The position numbers were made by a program, and so were the translations under genes. This document shows, in pieces, positions 19,579 to 28,756 of a stretch of DNA of 44,112 bases. Numbering within the stretch: the first letter of the stretch is position 1; the number at the start of each line of letters is the position of its first letter. Below the pieces are notes generated by a model that searched no databases, was not told the DNA's origin, and saw only the letters and a program-made list of their open reading frames with translations. This DNA is from a candidate division WWE3 bacterium (lineage in GTDB: Bacteria; Patescibacteriota; WWE3; UBA101185; UBA10185): assembly GCA_945897985.1 (NCBI GenBank), contig CAMDGN010000003.1, forward strand, positions 1 through 44,112, read 5' to 3'.

Positions 19579-20127
19579 ATGTCAAGAATTGGAAAAAAAC
19601 CTATAACAATACCTTCTGGAGTTACTGTTTCTTTCGACAACGAGTTTGTTAAAGTGACAGGACCGCTAGGATTTTTAGAAGCTAAACTAAGGCCTGAAAT
19701 TGGTCATTCTATTGAAGACAACATTTTAACTTTTGTTGTAGCAAAAGAGACTAAAGAATCTTCAGCTTTTTTTGGTTTAGTAAGATCATTAGTTAATAAT
19801 ATGGTTGAAGGTGTTACAAAAGGCTTTGAGAAGAAATTAGAACTTGAAGGTGTAGGTTACAGAGTTATTCCAGAAGGAGCTTCAGATTTGAAGTTTACTT
19901 TAGGTTTCTCACACCCTGTAATTATAAAAGCTCCTCAAGGTATAAAATTTGAAACTGAAGGAAATACCAAATTTACTATTAGAGGTATTGATAAGTGTTT
20001 AGTGGGACAGATTGCATCAGATATTAGAAAATTAAGAAAACCTGAGCCTTACAAAGGTAAAGGAATCAGATATGCTGGTGAAGTTGTTAGAAGAAAAGCA
20101 GGTAAATCTGCAGGTAAAGGTAAATAA
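19579..20127 (+). CDS. rplF: 50S protein uL6
   Basis: MSRIGKKPI, GVGYR, LGFSHP, PEPYKGKG. Confidence 0.99.
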   Translation: MSRIGKKPITIPSGVTVSFDNEFVKVTGPLGFLEAKLRPEIGHSIEDNILTFVVAKETKESSAFFGLVRSLVNNMVEGVTKGFEKKLELEGVGYRVIPEGASDLKFTLGFSHPVIIKAPQGIKFETEGNTKFTIRGIDKCLVGQIASDIRKLRKPEPYKGKGIRYAGEVVRRKAGKSAGKGK

Positions 20128-20129
20128 TA

Positions 20130-20468
20130 ATGAAGTTATTAAACAATAATAAAAAAAGAATTAAACTTAAGATCAGAGGTAAAATTTCTGGTACTGAGTC
20201 TAAACCAAGATTAACAATTTTTAGATCTAACAAGTTTGTTTATGGTCAACTAATTAATGATTCTCTAGCTCAAACTTTGGGAAATATTATTAGTAAAGTT
20301 GAAGGCATGGCTAAAGTTAATGCCTCATTTGAAGCTGGAAAACAGATTGCTAAAATTGCTTTAGATAAGAATATCAAAGAAGTTGTATTCGACAGAAATG
20401 GTTACAAATATCACGGAAGAGTTAAGAGTTTTGCAGAAGGAGCAAGAGAAGGGGGCTTAAAGTTCTAA
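20130..20468 (+). CDS. rplR: 50S protein uL18
   Basis: PRL..FRSN, VFDRNGYKYHGRV, AREGGL. Confidence 0.98.
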   Translation: MKLLNNNKKRIKLKIRGKISGTESKPRLTIFRSNKFVYGQLINDSLAQTLGNIISKVEGMAKVNASFEAGKQIAKIALDKNIKEVVFDRNGYKYHGRVKSFAEGAREGGLKF

Positions 20469-20469
20469 T

Positions 20470-20901
20470 ATGGATAAAAAAGATATTTTTGAAAAAGTTA
20501 TTCAAATGAAAAGAGTAGTTAAGAAAACTACTGGTGGAAACAAGCTTACTTTTACATCTTTAGTTGTTGTAGGTGATAAAAAAGGTAAAGTAGGTGTTGC
20601 TCTTGGAAAAGGTCAATCTGTTGCTCAAGCAACTCAGAAAGCTATCGCTTCTGCTAAAAGAAGCATGGTTGAGATTAAAATAGTTAATAACACTATTTCT
20701 CACAGAGTAGACGCTAAATATAAAGCATCCGTTCTTTTAATGAAACCAGCTCCTGAAGGTACTGGTGTTGTTGCAGGTGGGTCTGTAAGAGAGCTTATTC
20801 AACTTGCTGGAATCCCAAATATTTCAGTAAAGATGCTTGGATCTAGCAACAAAGTAACTAATATTTATTGTGCTTTAAAAGCATTTGCGGAATTAAATTA
20901 A
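20470..20901 (+). CDS. rpsE: 30S protein uS5 (short, 143 aa)
   Basis: LVVVGD..GKVG..LGK, PAPEGTGVVAGG. Confidence 0.98.
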   Translation: MDKKDIFEKVIQMKRVVKKTTGGNKLTFTSLVVVGDKKGKVGVALGKGQSVAQATQKAIASAKRSMVEIKIVNNTISHRVDAKYKASVLLMKPAPEGTGVVAGGSVRELIQLAGIPNISVKMLGSSNKVTNIYCALKAFAELN

Positions 20902-20902
20902 T

Positions 20903-21343
20903 ATGGAATTAAGTAACATTAACAAATCAACAGGTTTTTCTAGAGGAAAAAAAAGAGTTGGAAGAGGCTCTGGATCTGGAAAAGGTTTCCATACAACAGG
21001 AACTGGAACCAAAGGTCAAAAATCTAGAACAGGTCATAGCCATAAATTTGGTTTTGAAGGAGGACAAACTCCTTTCTATAAGAAATTACCCCAAATTGTT
21101 GGATTTACTAATCCTAGATCTAAAGAAATTTATAATGTACCTGTAGATTACTTTAATAAATTTGAAGATAATGCTCAGATTACACCAGAAATCTTACTAG
21201 GGGCTAAATTTAAAAGCCTTCCTAAATACGGAGTAAAAATTCTTGGTAACGGAGAGTTAACAAAGAAGTTAAATTTTAAAAACTTCACCTATTCAACTAC
21301 AGCTAAAGAGAAAATCGAAAAAGCTGGTGGTAAAATAGAGTAA
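20903..21343 (+). CDS. rplO: 50S protein uL15
   Basis: RVGRGSGSGKG, GQKSR, FEGGQTP, KILGNG. Confidence 0.98.
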   Translation: MELSNINKSTGFSRGKKRVGRGSGSGKGFHTTGTGTKGQKSRTGHSHKFGFEGGQTPFYKKLPQIVGFTNPRSKEIYNVPVDYFNKFEDNAQITPEILLGAKFKSLPKYGVKILGNGELTKKLNFKNFTYSTTAKEKIEKAGGKIE

Positions 21344-21344
21344 T

Positions 21345-22607
21345 ATGAAGACCCTGTTCTATAAGATTCCTGAGATTAGAAACAAAATATTCTTTACTTT
21401 ATTTATAATTCTAATATTTAGAGTTCTATCCCATATACCCGTTCCTAATGTAAATATTGCTGTAATTAAAGATTACATTCAACAAAACCAAATTTTAGGT
21501 TTATTTGATTTATTCAGCGGAGGTGGTTTAAAGAACTTCTCCATTGTTACCCTAGGACTAGCTCCTTATATTAATGCCTCTATTATTGTTCAGCTTTTCA
21601 CTACCATTATTCCGTCTTTAGAGGAACTTTCCAAAGAAGGTGAGTATGGTCGAGAGAAAATCAATCAATATACTAAATTTTTAACTTTTCCAATTGCTTT
21701 AGTTCAATCCTTTGGTTTTTATTCTCTGCTTAAATCTCAAAATGTTGCCCCAGCACTTAACTTTATTGATACAGCTGTTGTTGTCGCAAGTATGGTTGCC
21801 GGCACTTACATTTTAATGTGGGTAGGAGATTTGGTTACTGAAAGAGGTTTAGGTAACGGTATATCCCTGTTAATCTTTGTTGGAATTGTTTCAACATTAC
21901 CTGAAAGTATTTACAGATTTATTTACCTTTTAACGCCCGAAACTATTATGAACGCTTTAATTTTTGTTGCGGCAACATTACTAATTGTTGCCAGTGTTGT
22001 GTTAACTAATGAAGGTGTAAAGAACATTCCCTTAGAGTACGGTAGAAGAATGGCTGTTGGCGGCTCTAGAGTTAATTCCTCTCTTCCTTTAAAGGTTAAT
22101 CAGGTTGGCGTAATTCCTGTAATTTTCGCAGCCTCGATTGTATTAATTCCTTCGTTTCTTGGTACTTCCCTTATCGGCTCTTCAAATAATCTGCTTAGGG
22201 ACTTAGGGTACTTCTTTAATAACAATTTTCAGGACACTTCTTTTTTATATAATTTTGTAATGTTTTTGATGGTTATCTTATTTACCTACTTCTACACATC
22301 GATTCAATTTAATCCTGAAAAGATTGCTGAGGATGTTAAGAAAAGAGGAGGCTTTATTCCTGGGATAAGGCCGGGTATAAACACTATTTCATATTTAAAA
22401 GGTGTAATTAACAAGATAACTTTAGGTGGAGGCGTCTTCTTAGGTACAATTGCTGTTCTGCCTTATATAATCCACTCCTTTATAGGCTTTACTGGGTTTA
22501 CACTAGGTGGAACTTCCTTATTAATTGTTGTTTCTGTAGTATTAGAAACAATAAGGAAAATGGATTCATTGATGGTAAGTAAAAAGTATGATAGTTTTCT
22601 TGATTAG
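21345..22607 (+). CDS. secY: Preprotein translocase SecY
   Basis: LGLAPYINASII, GLGNGISL, IPVIFA, FIPGIRPG, GGTSLLIVV. Confidence 0.99.
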   Translation: MKTLFYKIPEIRNKIFFTLFIILIFRVLSHIPVPNVNIAVIKDYIQQNQILGLFDLFSGGGLKNFSIVTLGLAPYINASIIVQLFTTIIPSLEELSKEGEYGREKINQYTKFLTFPIALVQSFGFYSLLKSQNVAPALNFIDTAVVVASMVAGTYILMWVGDLVTERGLGNGISLLIFVGIVSTLPESIYRFIYLLTPETIMNALIFVAATLLIVASVVLTNEGVKNIPLEYGRRMAVGGSRVNSSLPLKVNQVGVIPVIFAASIVLIPSFLGTSLIGSSNNLLRDLGYFFNNNFQDTSFLYNFVMFLMVILFTYFYTSIQFNPEKIAEDVKKRGGFIPGIRPGINTISYLKGVINKITLGGGVFLGTIAVLPYIIHSFIGFTGFTLGGTSLLIVVSVVLETIRKMDSLMVSKKYDSFLD

Positions 22608-22620
22608 GAGGAACAATTAA

Positions 22621-22890
22621 ATGCTAGACAAAGTTAAACAAGCGTATCAATTAAAAAAAGCCCAGTCCGATTTGCAAAAAATGGTAGAGAAGCTATCTGT
22701 TTTCGAGCAAAAGGGGGAAAACTCTGTTGTTGTTACAGGTGATAAAAAAATTTCTAAAATCATAATCAATGGTGTTGAAAACAAACAAATCAAAGATTTG
22801 GTAAATGACGCTATGAAAAAAATGGATACCAAACTTCAAAAAGAAATGAAAGCTAAAGAAGACGAGCTACGAGCCTTGTTAGGAATGTAG
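22621..22890 (+). CDS. YbaB/EbfC-family nucleoid-associated protein (probable)
   Basis: 89 aa helix, V-V-V-x-G strands, VNDA.KK helix pattern; AGGAGG SD upstream. Confidence 0.65.
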   Translation: MLDKVKQAYQLKKAQSDLQKMVEKLSVFEQKGENSVVVTGDKKISKIIINGVENKQIKDLVNDAMKKMDTKLQKEMKAKEDELRALLGM

Positions 22891-22891
22891 A

Positions 22892-23494
22892 ATGAATTTA
22901 CTGCTTATTGGTCCCCCTGGAGCTGGAAAAACTGTTATAGCCAATAAAATTTCTGAATACTACTCAATCCCTTTTATTAAAACTGGATCCTTACTAAGAG
23001 ATATTTCTCAGGAGAATCCAAACTATGAAGTTATTTCTTCTGCTATGGAAAAGGGGGAACTTGCCCCTAATTCAATTGTGGCTAAGGTTGTTAGCGAAGA
23101 GGTAGCTAAAAATTCAGACGGATTTGTCTTGGATGGTTGGATGAGGCAGTTATCAGACAAAGATCAGTTTAATCCTAGTTTAGATAAAGTTATTTTTTTA
23201 AATTGTCCTAAAAATATATCTGAGGATAGGATCTTAAATCGTGTAATTTGTAGAATTCACGGTTCAGTTTATTCCTATTCGGATCAAGTTTGTCACTTAT
23301 GTGGAGGTTTGTTGGAAAAAAGAAACGATGACACCCCGCAAACTTTTGAAAGTAGATGGTCAATCTATGAAGAATTAACTATTCCAGTAATTGAGTATTA
23401 TAAAAATTTAAACCTCCTCCTTGAAGTTGATGCTTCGAAAAGTATCCCTGATATCATGAGTGATGTTATAAAAGGTCTAAGTGATAACAATTAA
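22892..23494 (+). CDS. adk: Adenylate kinase
   Basis: GPPGAGKT P-loop, TGSLLR, LDG..R, RNDD; synteny after secY. Confidence 0.93.
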   Translation: MNLLLIGPPGAGKTVIANKISEYYSIPFIKTGSLLRDISQENPNYEVISSAMEKGELAPNSIVAKVVSEEVAKNSDGFVLDGWMRQLSDKDQFNPSLDKVIFLNCPKNISEDRILNRVICRIHGSVYSYSDQVCHLCGGLLEKRNDDTPQTFESRWSIYEELTIPVIEYYKNLNLLLEVDASKSIPDIMSDVIKGLSDNN

Positions 23495-24218
23495 AACACC
23501 AAACGAAATTGAAATAATGAAAAAAGGTGGCAACATCTCTAAAAATGCTCTTAACCTAGCTTTAAACATGGCTAAAGAAGGCACTACACTTAGTGAGATT
23601 GATAATGCAGTTGATGACTTTATAGTTAACCACAAGGCTTTTCCATCATTCAAGAAGGTCCCAGGTTATCATCATGCTACCTGTATTAATGTAAACGAAG
23701 GTTTAGTTCATGGAATTCCTAATAAATACAAAATTAAGCACGGAGATCTTGTAAAGGTAGACCTAGGAGTGTACTACGATGGTTTTCATACTGACACCTC
23801 GGCTACAGTTGAGGTTGGAACTAATAATGAGGGGAAGTTTATTCAGGCTGGGAAAGATTGTGTTGAAAACGCTATAGCTGCCTGTATTATCGGTAATAAG
23901 CTCGGAGATGTCTCTTTTGAGATGCAAAAAGCTATTGAATCTAAGGGTTATACTGTATCCAGGTCCCTTGTGGGTCACGGAATTGGGAAAGACCTCCACG
24001 AAGAGCCTTTAATCCCTCCATATGGCAAAAAAGGGACTGGTTTACTACTTAAAGAAGGTATGGTATTTGCCATAGAAATCATTTATCAAAAGGGATCCCA
24101 CCAGATTAAATCCTTAGAAGACGGATGGACTTTGGCTACAAAAGACGGTTCTTTAGCTGGTTTACATGAGCATACAGTTGCAATAACCAAAGAAGGGCCT
24201 GTGGTATTAACCAAATAG
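23481..24218 (+). CDS. map: Methionine aminopeptidase type I (GTG start)
   Basis: VHGIP, D..D metal ligands, GHGIG..LHEEP, AIE, EHT. Confidence 0.97.
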   Translation: MITIKTPNEIEIMKKGGNISKNALNLALNMAKEGTTLSEIDNAVDDFIVNHKAFPSFKKVPGYHHATCINVNEGLVHGIPNKYKIKHGDLVKVDLGVYYDGFHTDTSATVEVGTNNEGKFIQAGKDCVENAIAACIIGNKLGDVSFEMQKAIESKGYTVSRSLVGHGIGKDLHEEPLIPPYGKKGTGLLLKEGMVFAIEIIYQKGSHQIKSLEDGWTLATKDGSLAGLHEHTVAITKEGPVVLTK

Positions 24219-24238
24219 TAAACATGTTGACAAGTAGG

Positions 24239-24267
24239 TTGATAATTTTAATTAATTTTGATAAAAT
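24239..24267 (+). promoter_or_regulatory. Promoter for infA-rpmJ-alpha cluster
   Basis: TTGATA (24239-44), 17-bp spacer containing TG, TAAAAT (24262-67). Confidence 0.65.
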
Positions 24268-24309
24268 TCACCTTGTTACTGCAACTACTTGCAGAGAAGC
24301 TTTATCTTA

Positions 24310-24531
24310 ATGAATACTAAAGAAGTTGTAAAAAAAGACGGGAAAGTAATAGAGAATTTGATGGGTGGTATGTTAAGAGTAGAGTTAGAGGATAAGACTA
24401 TCGCTATTTGTACTATTTCTCAGCTTTTGAGAAAAAATAGCATTAAAGTTTTCCTTGGGGATAGGGTTCAAGTTGAATTCTCTCCTTATGATTTAACAAG
24501 AGGTAGAGTTTGTTACAGATACAATAAATAA
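24310..24531 (+). CDS. infA: Translation initiation factor IF-1
   Basis: [26 protein letters not shown]; ATG 24310 preferred over TTG 24289. Confidence 0.96.
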   Translation: MNTKEVVKKDGKVIENLMGGMLRVELEDKTIAICTISQLLRKNSIKVFLGDRVQVEFSPYDLTRGRVCYRYNK

Positions 24532-24533
24532 AA

Positions 24534-24650
24534 ATGAAAGTAAGAGCATCAGTTAAAAGAATATGTAAAGATTGTAAAGTCGTTAAACGACAAGGTGTAG
24601 TTTATGTTACTTGTAAAAGAGATCCAAAACATAAACAAAGACAAGGATAA
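24534..24650 (+). CDS. rpmJ: 50S protein bL36, Zn-binding form (not in ORF track)
   Basis: Translated by hand: [38 protein letters not shown]. Confidence 0.99.
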   Translation: MKVRASVKRICKDCKVVKRQGVVYVTCKRDPKHKQRQG

Positions 24651-24652
24651 TT

Positions 24653-25039
24653 ATGGCCAGAATATCAGGAATTGACTTACCAAATAATAAAAGAATAGAG
24701 ATCGCATTAGGATATATTAAAGGAATTGGTCTCCCACTTTCTAAAAAAATTCTTTCAGAAATTGGCATTGATTTCAATATTAGAGCAAAAGATTTGACAG
24801 ATGCTCATGTTGCTAGTATAAATGCTAAAATCGTAGAACTTCAAATTCCTGTGGAAGGTGAGTTAAAGAGAATTGTCTCACAGAATATTAGAAGACTTAT
24901 TGAAATTAAATCTTACAGAGGTTCCAGACATCAAAAAGGTCTACCTGCAAGAGGTCAAAGAACAAGAGCCAACGCAAGAACAAGAAAAGGTAAAAAGAAA
25001 ACTGTTGGTGGTACAAAGAAAAAGTTAGCTAAGAAATAA
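24653..25039 (+). CDS. rpsM: 30S protein uS13
   Basis: MARISGIDLP, YRG.RH..GLP.RGQRT..NARTRKG. Confidence 0.99.
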   Translation: MARISGIDLPNNKRIEIALGYIKGIGLPLSKKILSEIGIDFNIRAKDLTDAHVASINAKIVELQIPVEGELKRIVSQNIRRLIEIKSYRGSRHQKGLPARGQRTRANARTRKGKKKTVGGTKKKLAKK

Positions 25040-25041
25040 TT

Positions 25042-25446
25042 ATGGTTGTTAAAAATATAAAAGGAAAAAAAGTTACAAAAAAGAATATTGCTAAAACATA
25101 TCCAGCTGTTGGAAATGTATACGTTTCTTCAGGAATGAATAATACTATTATTTCAATTACCGATGAAAAAGGTAATGCTTTATTTAACGGATCCTCAGGC
25201 ATGTTTGGTTTTAGAAATTCAAGACAAGCTACACCTTATGCTGCAACTAAAGTAGCAGAAGAAACTGGATTAAAAGCTTTCAAGGCTGGTGTTAGAGAAG
25301 TAAATGTATTTGTTAAAGGTGCTGGTCAAGGAAGAGTATCTTCCATCAAAGCACTTAAAACAACAGGATTAAAAGTTGTATCAATTACTGATATTACTCC
25401 ATTACCACATAATGGATGTAGACCAAGTAAGAAAAGAAGGAATTAA
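25042..25446 (+). CDS. rpsK: 30S protein uS11
   Basis: NNTII, TPYAA, DITPLPHNGCRP. Confidence 0.99.
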   Translation: MVVKNIKGKKVTKKNIAKTYPAVGNVYVSSGMNNTIISITDEKGNALFNGSSGMFGFRNSRQATPYAATKVAEETGLKAFKAGVREVNVFVKGAGQGRVSSIKALKTTGLKVVSITDITPLPHNGCRPSKKRRN

Positions 25447-25448
25447 TA

Positions 25449-26051
25449 ATGGCTAGAAATACCGGACCAAAATGTAGACAATGTAGAAGAGAAGGCACAA
25501 AGCTTTATTTAAAAGGAGCTAGATGTGAAACTCAAAAATGTGCAATGACCAGAAGACCAACCAGACCAGGTCAACACGGTGCCAAAAGAACCACACTAAC
25601 TCCATTCGGTGTTCAATTAAGAGAGAAACAAAAATTAAAGAGAATTTACGGTGTCTTAGAAAAACAATTCGGAATATATGTTTCTAAAGCATTAAATTCC
25701 AAAGGAATTGCCTCTGAATCACTGCTACAAATTCTAGAATCAAGATTAGATAATATTGTGTATAGATGTGGTTTTGCTACTTCAAGAGCTGAAGCCAGAC
25801 AACTTATCAGAAGAGGAATTTTCAAATTAAACAATGTAGAGGTTAACGTACCTTCCATACAAGTTAAAGCTGGCGATATAGTTATGCCAATAGCTTTCGA
25901 TAAACTTCACTTAAAAGAAGGTTACACAATCCCTAAGTGGTTAGAAGCTAATGTTCAGGAAAAGTATGTTAAAATTGACAGACTTCCATCAGGAGATGAC
26001 GTCAATGAACCTGTAAATGCTCAGTTAATAGTTGAATCTTATTCTAGATAA
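25449..26051 (+). CDS. rpsD: 30S protein uS4, Cys/Zn form
   Basis: CRQCRREG, PGQHG, QLREKQK, LESRLDN. Confidence 0.99.
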   Translation: MARNTGPKCRQCRREGTKLYLKGARCETQKCAMTRRPTRPGQHGAKRTTLTPFGVQLREKQKLKRIYGVLEKQFGIYVSKALNSKGIASESLLQILESRLDNIVYRCGFATSRAEARQLIRRGIFKLNNVEVNVPSIQVKAGDIVMPIAFDKLHLKEGYTIPKWLEANVQEKYVKIDRLPSGDDVNEPVNAQLIVESYSR

Positions 26052-26066
26052 GGAGAATATAAAAAT

Positions 26067-26972
26067 ATGATAAATCAATACGAATTAAATTTTATAAAAG
26101 TTTCTGAGAGTAAAAACTCAGCTGTATTTTCATTTGAGCCATTACCTTCAGGTTTTGGTCAAACTTTAGGATCAGTCCTAAGAAGAGTTGCGTTAACATC
26201 TGTTAAAGGTGCTGCTGTAACTTCTTTCAAAATTCCTGGTGTTACTCATCAATTCACAACAATTGAAGGTATCAAAGAGGATTTAGTCGAAGTTACTTTA
26301 AATCTTAAAGAACTTAGATTCAAACTTCACTCAGATGGTCAATTCACAGCTAAAATCTCTAAAAAAGGTCCTGGAGTTGTTACTGCTGCTGATATTGAAG
26401 TTTCATCAGAAGTTGAGATTATCAACAAAGACGCAATAATTGCAACTATTTCTGATAAAACAAAATCATTTGAACTTGAGTTAACAATTGAGTCTGGAAT
26501 TGGTTACTCTCCAGTTGAAAACAGGGAGAATCCAAAACTTGGCATCGTATTAGTTGACGCAATCTTCTCACCAGTTGTTTCAGCTGCTTATAGCGTTGAA
26601 AATACTAGAGTTGGAAGACAGTCTGGATTAGATAAATTAGTAATTACTATTCAAACTGACGGAAGCATTAAACCTTCTGATGTTATCAAGGTTTCCGCTT
26701 CAATTTTAAGAGATTTCTTTAATAAGTTTGCTTCAGCAAATGAATCTCAAAATATTGAAACATTATTTCAACAAACTTCTATTGCAGAGTTGAAATCAGA
26801 TAATTCTTCTGTTGATGATTTACCTCTACCAACAAGAACAATTAATGCATTGAAGAAGCACGGAATTAATACCCTTTCTGATTTAAGAACTAAGTCAGAT
26901 GAAGAAATTTCTGATATAAAGAACTTAGGTGAGAAATCAATTGATGAAATTAAGAAGCTACTAGGAAGATAA
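26067..26972 (+). CDS. rpoA: RNA polymerase alpha subunit
   Basis: EPL..GFG.TLG..LRR, DAIFSPV, VENTRVG, CTD KNLGEKS. Confidence 0.99.
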   Translation: MINQYELNFIKVSESKNSAVFSFEPLPSGFGQTLGSVLRRVALTSVKGAAVTSFKIPGVTHQFTTIEGIKEDLVEVTLNLKELRFKLHSDGQFTAKISKKGPGVVTAADIEVSSEVEIINKDAIIATISDKTKSFELELTIESGIGYSPVENRENPKLGIVLVDAIFSPVVSAAYSVENTRVGRQSGLDKLVITIQTDGSIKPSDVIKVSASILRDFFNKFASANESQNIETLFQQTSIAELKSDNSSVDDLPLPTRTINALKKHGINTLSDLRTKSDEEISDIKNLGEKSIDEIKKLLGR

Positions 26973-26976
26973 TTAA

Positions 26977-27468
26977 ATGAGACATAGAATTGTTGGTAAA
27001 AAATTAAGTAGAGATAAAGATCACAGAGCTGCTTTACTAAAGAATTTAGCTTCTGCCTTAATCTTGAATGGAAGAATTGAAACTTCAGTTGTAAAAGCTA
27101 AGTTTGTACAACCTTTCGTTGAAAAATTGATTACCAAAGCAAAAGACAACTCTTACGCTTCCCTTAGACTTTTAAGATCAAGGTTAGGAAACGAAGAAGC
27201 TCTAAGAAAGCTTTTTACTGAGATCGCTCCTGAGTTCAAAGAAAGAAACGGTGGTTATACTAGGGTCAGAAAATTAGGGATCATTAGAAAAGGCGACAAT
27301 TCTGAACTTGCTATGATTGAGTTAGTTTCTAATACCAAGGATATCCCTGAAGTTAAAGAGATTAAGGAAACTAAACAAGTTTCTAAATCAAAGGCTAAAA
27401 AAGTAGTACAAGTTTCTACACCCGAAGTTTTGACTGAGGAAGTGACTCAAGTTAAGGAAGAAAAATAA
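26977..27468 (+). CDS. rplQ: 50S protein bL17 with low-complexity C-terminal extension
   Basis: MRHR..KLSR, EKLITKAK, RNGGYTR. Confidence 0.98.
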   Translation: MRHRIVGKKLSRDKDHRAALLKNLASALILNGRIETSVVKAKFVQPFVEKLITKAKDNSYASLRLLRSRLGNEEALRKLFTEIAPEFKERNGGYTRVRKLGIIRKGDNSELAMIELVSNTKDIPEVKEIKETKQVSKSKAKKVVQVSTPEVLTEEVTQVKEEK

Positions 27469-27881
27469 TGAAAACTGCAGCTATAAACCCTAAAAATGTA
27501 AATATTGAGTGGCATTTAATTGATGCTAAAGATCAAGTTCTTGGAAGAGTAGCTTCTAAAATTGCTCAAATTCTTTCTGGAAAAAACAAGGTTGAGTTTT
27601 CTCCTAATCAAGTTATTTCCGATAGGGTAGTTGTTATAAATGCAGCTCAAGTTAAAGTTACTGGAAATAAAGCTCAGGATAAGATCTATTATACTCACTC
27701 TAATTTTCCTGGTGGACTTAAGTCACAATCATTTGAACAAAGAATGGCTAAACACCCTTCAAAAGTTTTAGTTGAAGCTGTTAAAGGTATGCTACCAATT
27801 AACAGACTAAGAGATAGAAGAATTGTTAATTTATATGTTTATGAAGGTGAAACCCACCCTCATCAAGGACAAATCAAATAA
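27468..27881 (+). CDS. rplM: 50S protein uL13
   Basis: WHLIDA..LGR.AS, HS.FPGGL, VKGMLP, HPH. Confidence 0.98.
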   Translation: MKTAAINPKNVNIEWHLIDAKDQVLGRVASKIAQILSGKNKVEFSPNQVISDRVVVINAAQVKVTGNKAQDKIYYTHSNFPGGLKSQSFEQRMAKHPSKVLVEAVKGMLPINRLRDRRIVNLYVYEGETHPHQGQIK

Positions 27882-28294
27882 TGGCTAGAGATATCAAATC
27901 AAACTTAATAATCGCTAGTGGCAGAAGAAAGACTGCAACTGCATCTTTGTTTTTAAAATTGGATAAAGGCGCAATTGTTGTTAATGATAAAAAGATAGAA
28001 GAGTACTTTCCGTCAGAGAAGGAATCCTTAATCTGGAAAAAACCTTTCTATTTACTTGGTATTGCTACTCCTGAAGCTAAATATGACCTATCTATTAAAG
28101 TTAAAGGATCTTCTAAATCTTCTCAACTAGGTGCTGTTACTTTAGCTATCTCTAAAGCATTAGCTTTATTAAACGAAGAATTTTCATTAGTTCTTAAGAA
28201 GAACGGTATGCTTACTAGAGACCCAAGAATGGTTGAAAGAAAGAAACCAAACTTAAGAAAAGCTAGAAAAGCTTCCCAATTCTCAAAGAGATAA
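27881..28294 (+). CDS. rpsI: 30S protein uS9
   Basis: GRRK, LTRDPRMVERKK, KARKASQFSKR. Confidence 0.98.
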   Translation: MARDIKSNLIIASGRRKTATASLFLKLDKGAIVVNDKKIEEYFPSEKESLIWKKPFYLLGIATPEAKYDLSIKVKGSSKSSQLGAVTLAISKALALLNEEFSLVLKKNGMLTRDPRMVERKKPNLRKARKASQFSKR

Positions 28295-28407
28295 TATTTA
28301 ATAAAAATATCTTTATTTATCTAACAATCATGTTTTCTTTTTAAATGTCTATTAATAATAGATATAAATATAGATCTAATATCATATTTTCATTTTAGAG
28401 TGGTAAA

Positions 28408-28680
28408 TTAGAATGATAGGGATTCTTTGAAGATGTTTTGAAGCTCCATTAACGATCTCTGAAGTTCTTCTATTTTTCTCTCGATTTCTCTATTAGTTTT
28501 TTTAACAAAGTTAACCTCAAATTCTTCAGATATCTTATTTAATACCTCAATAGGTGGCGAAATTTTACCTGTTTCATAGGCACTGATTGTTTTTCCGGTT
28601 AATCCAATTCTCTTACCAAACCTATCCTGAGATATGTTTAATTTTATTCTTAAATTTTTGATTTGTTTTCCAATCTCCAT
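28408..28680 (-). CDS. XRE-family HTH regulator with C-terminal coiled coil
   Basis: IGKQIKNLR..ISQ..GLTGKTISAYETG..PP..L.KI; ATG 28680 follows TG-G-TATTCT by 9 nt. Confidence 0.9.
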   Translation of the reverse strand: MEIGKQIKNLRIKLNISQDRFGKRIGLTGKTISAYETGKISPPIEVLNKISEEFEVNFVKKTNREIERKIEELQRSLMELQNIFKESLSF

Positions 28681-28756
28681 TTGTGCTAGAGAATACCACA
28701 AATATTTTTGCTTACAACATTTAAAATTCTATTAGTAAAAATTTATTTCTTAGGAG

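Noticed and set aside
24227-24232. TTGACA as the infA -35
   Set aside because: No -10 at 16-18 bp; TTGATA-17-TAAAAT just downstream fits better
27330-27468. Lys/Glu-rich extension of bL17
   Set aside because: Such extensions are frequent and it contains no recognisable domain
28295-28407. Terminator or repeat array after rpsI
   Set aside because: Only a weak AT-rich hairpin (TGTCTATT-AAT-AATAGATA) and no regular repeats
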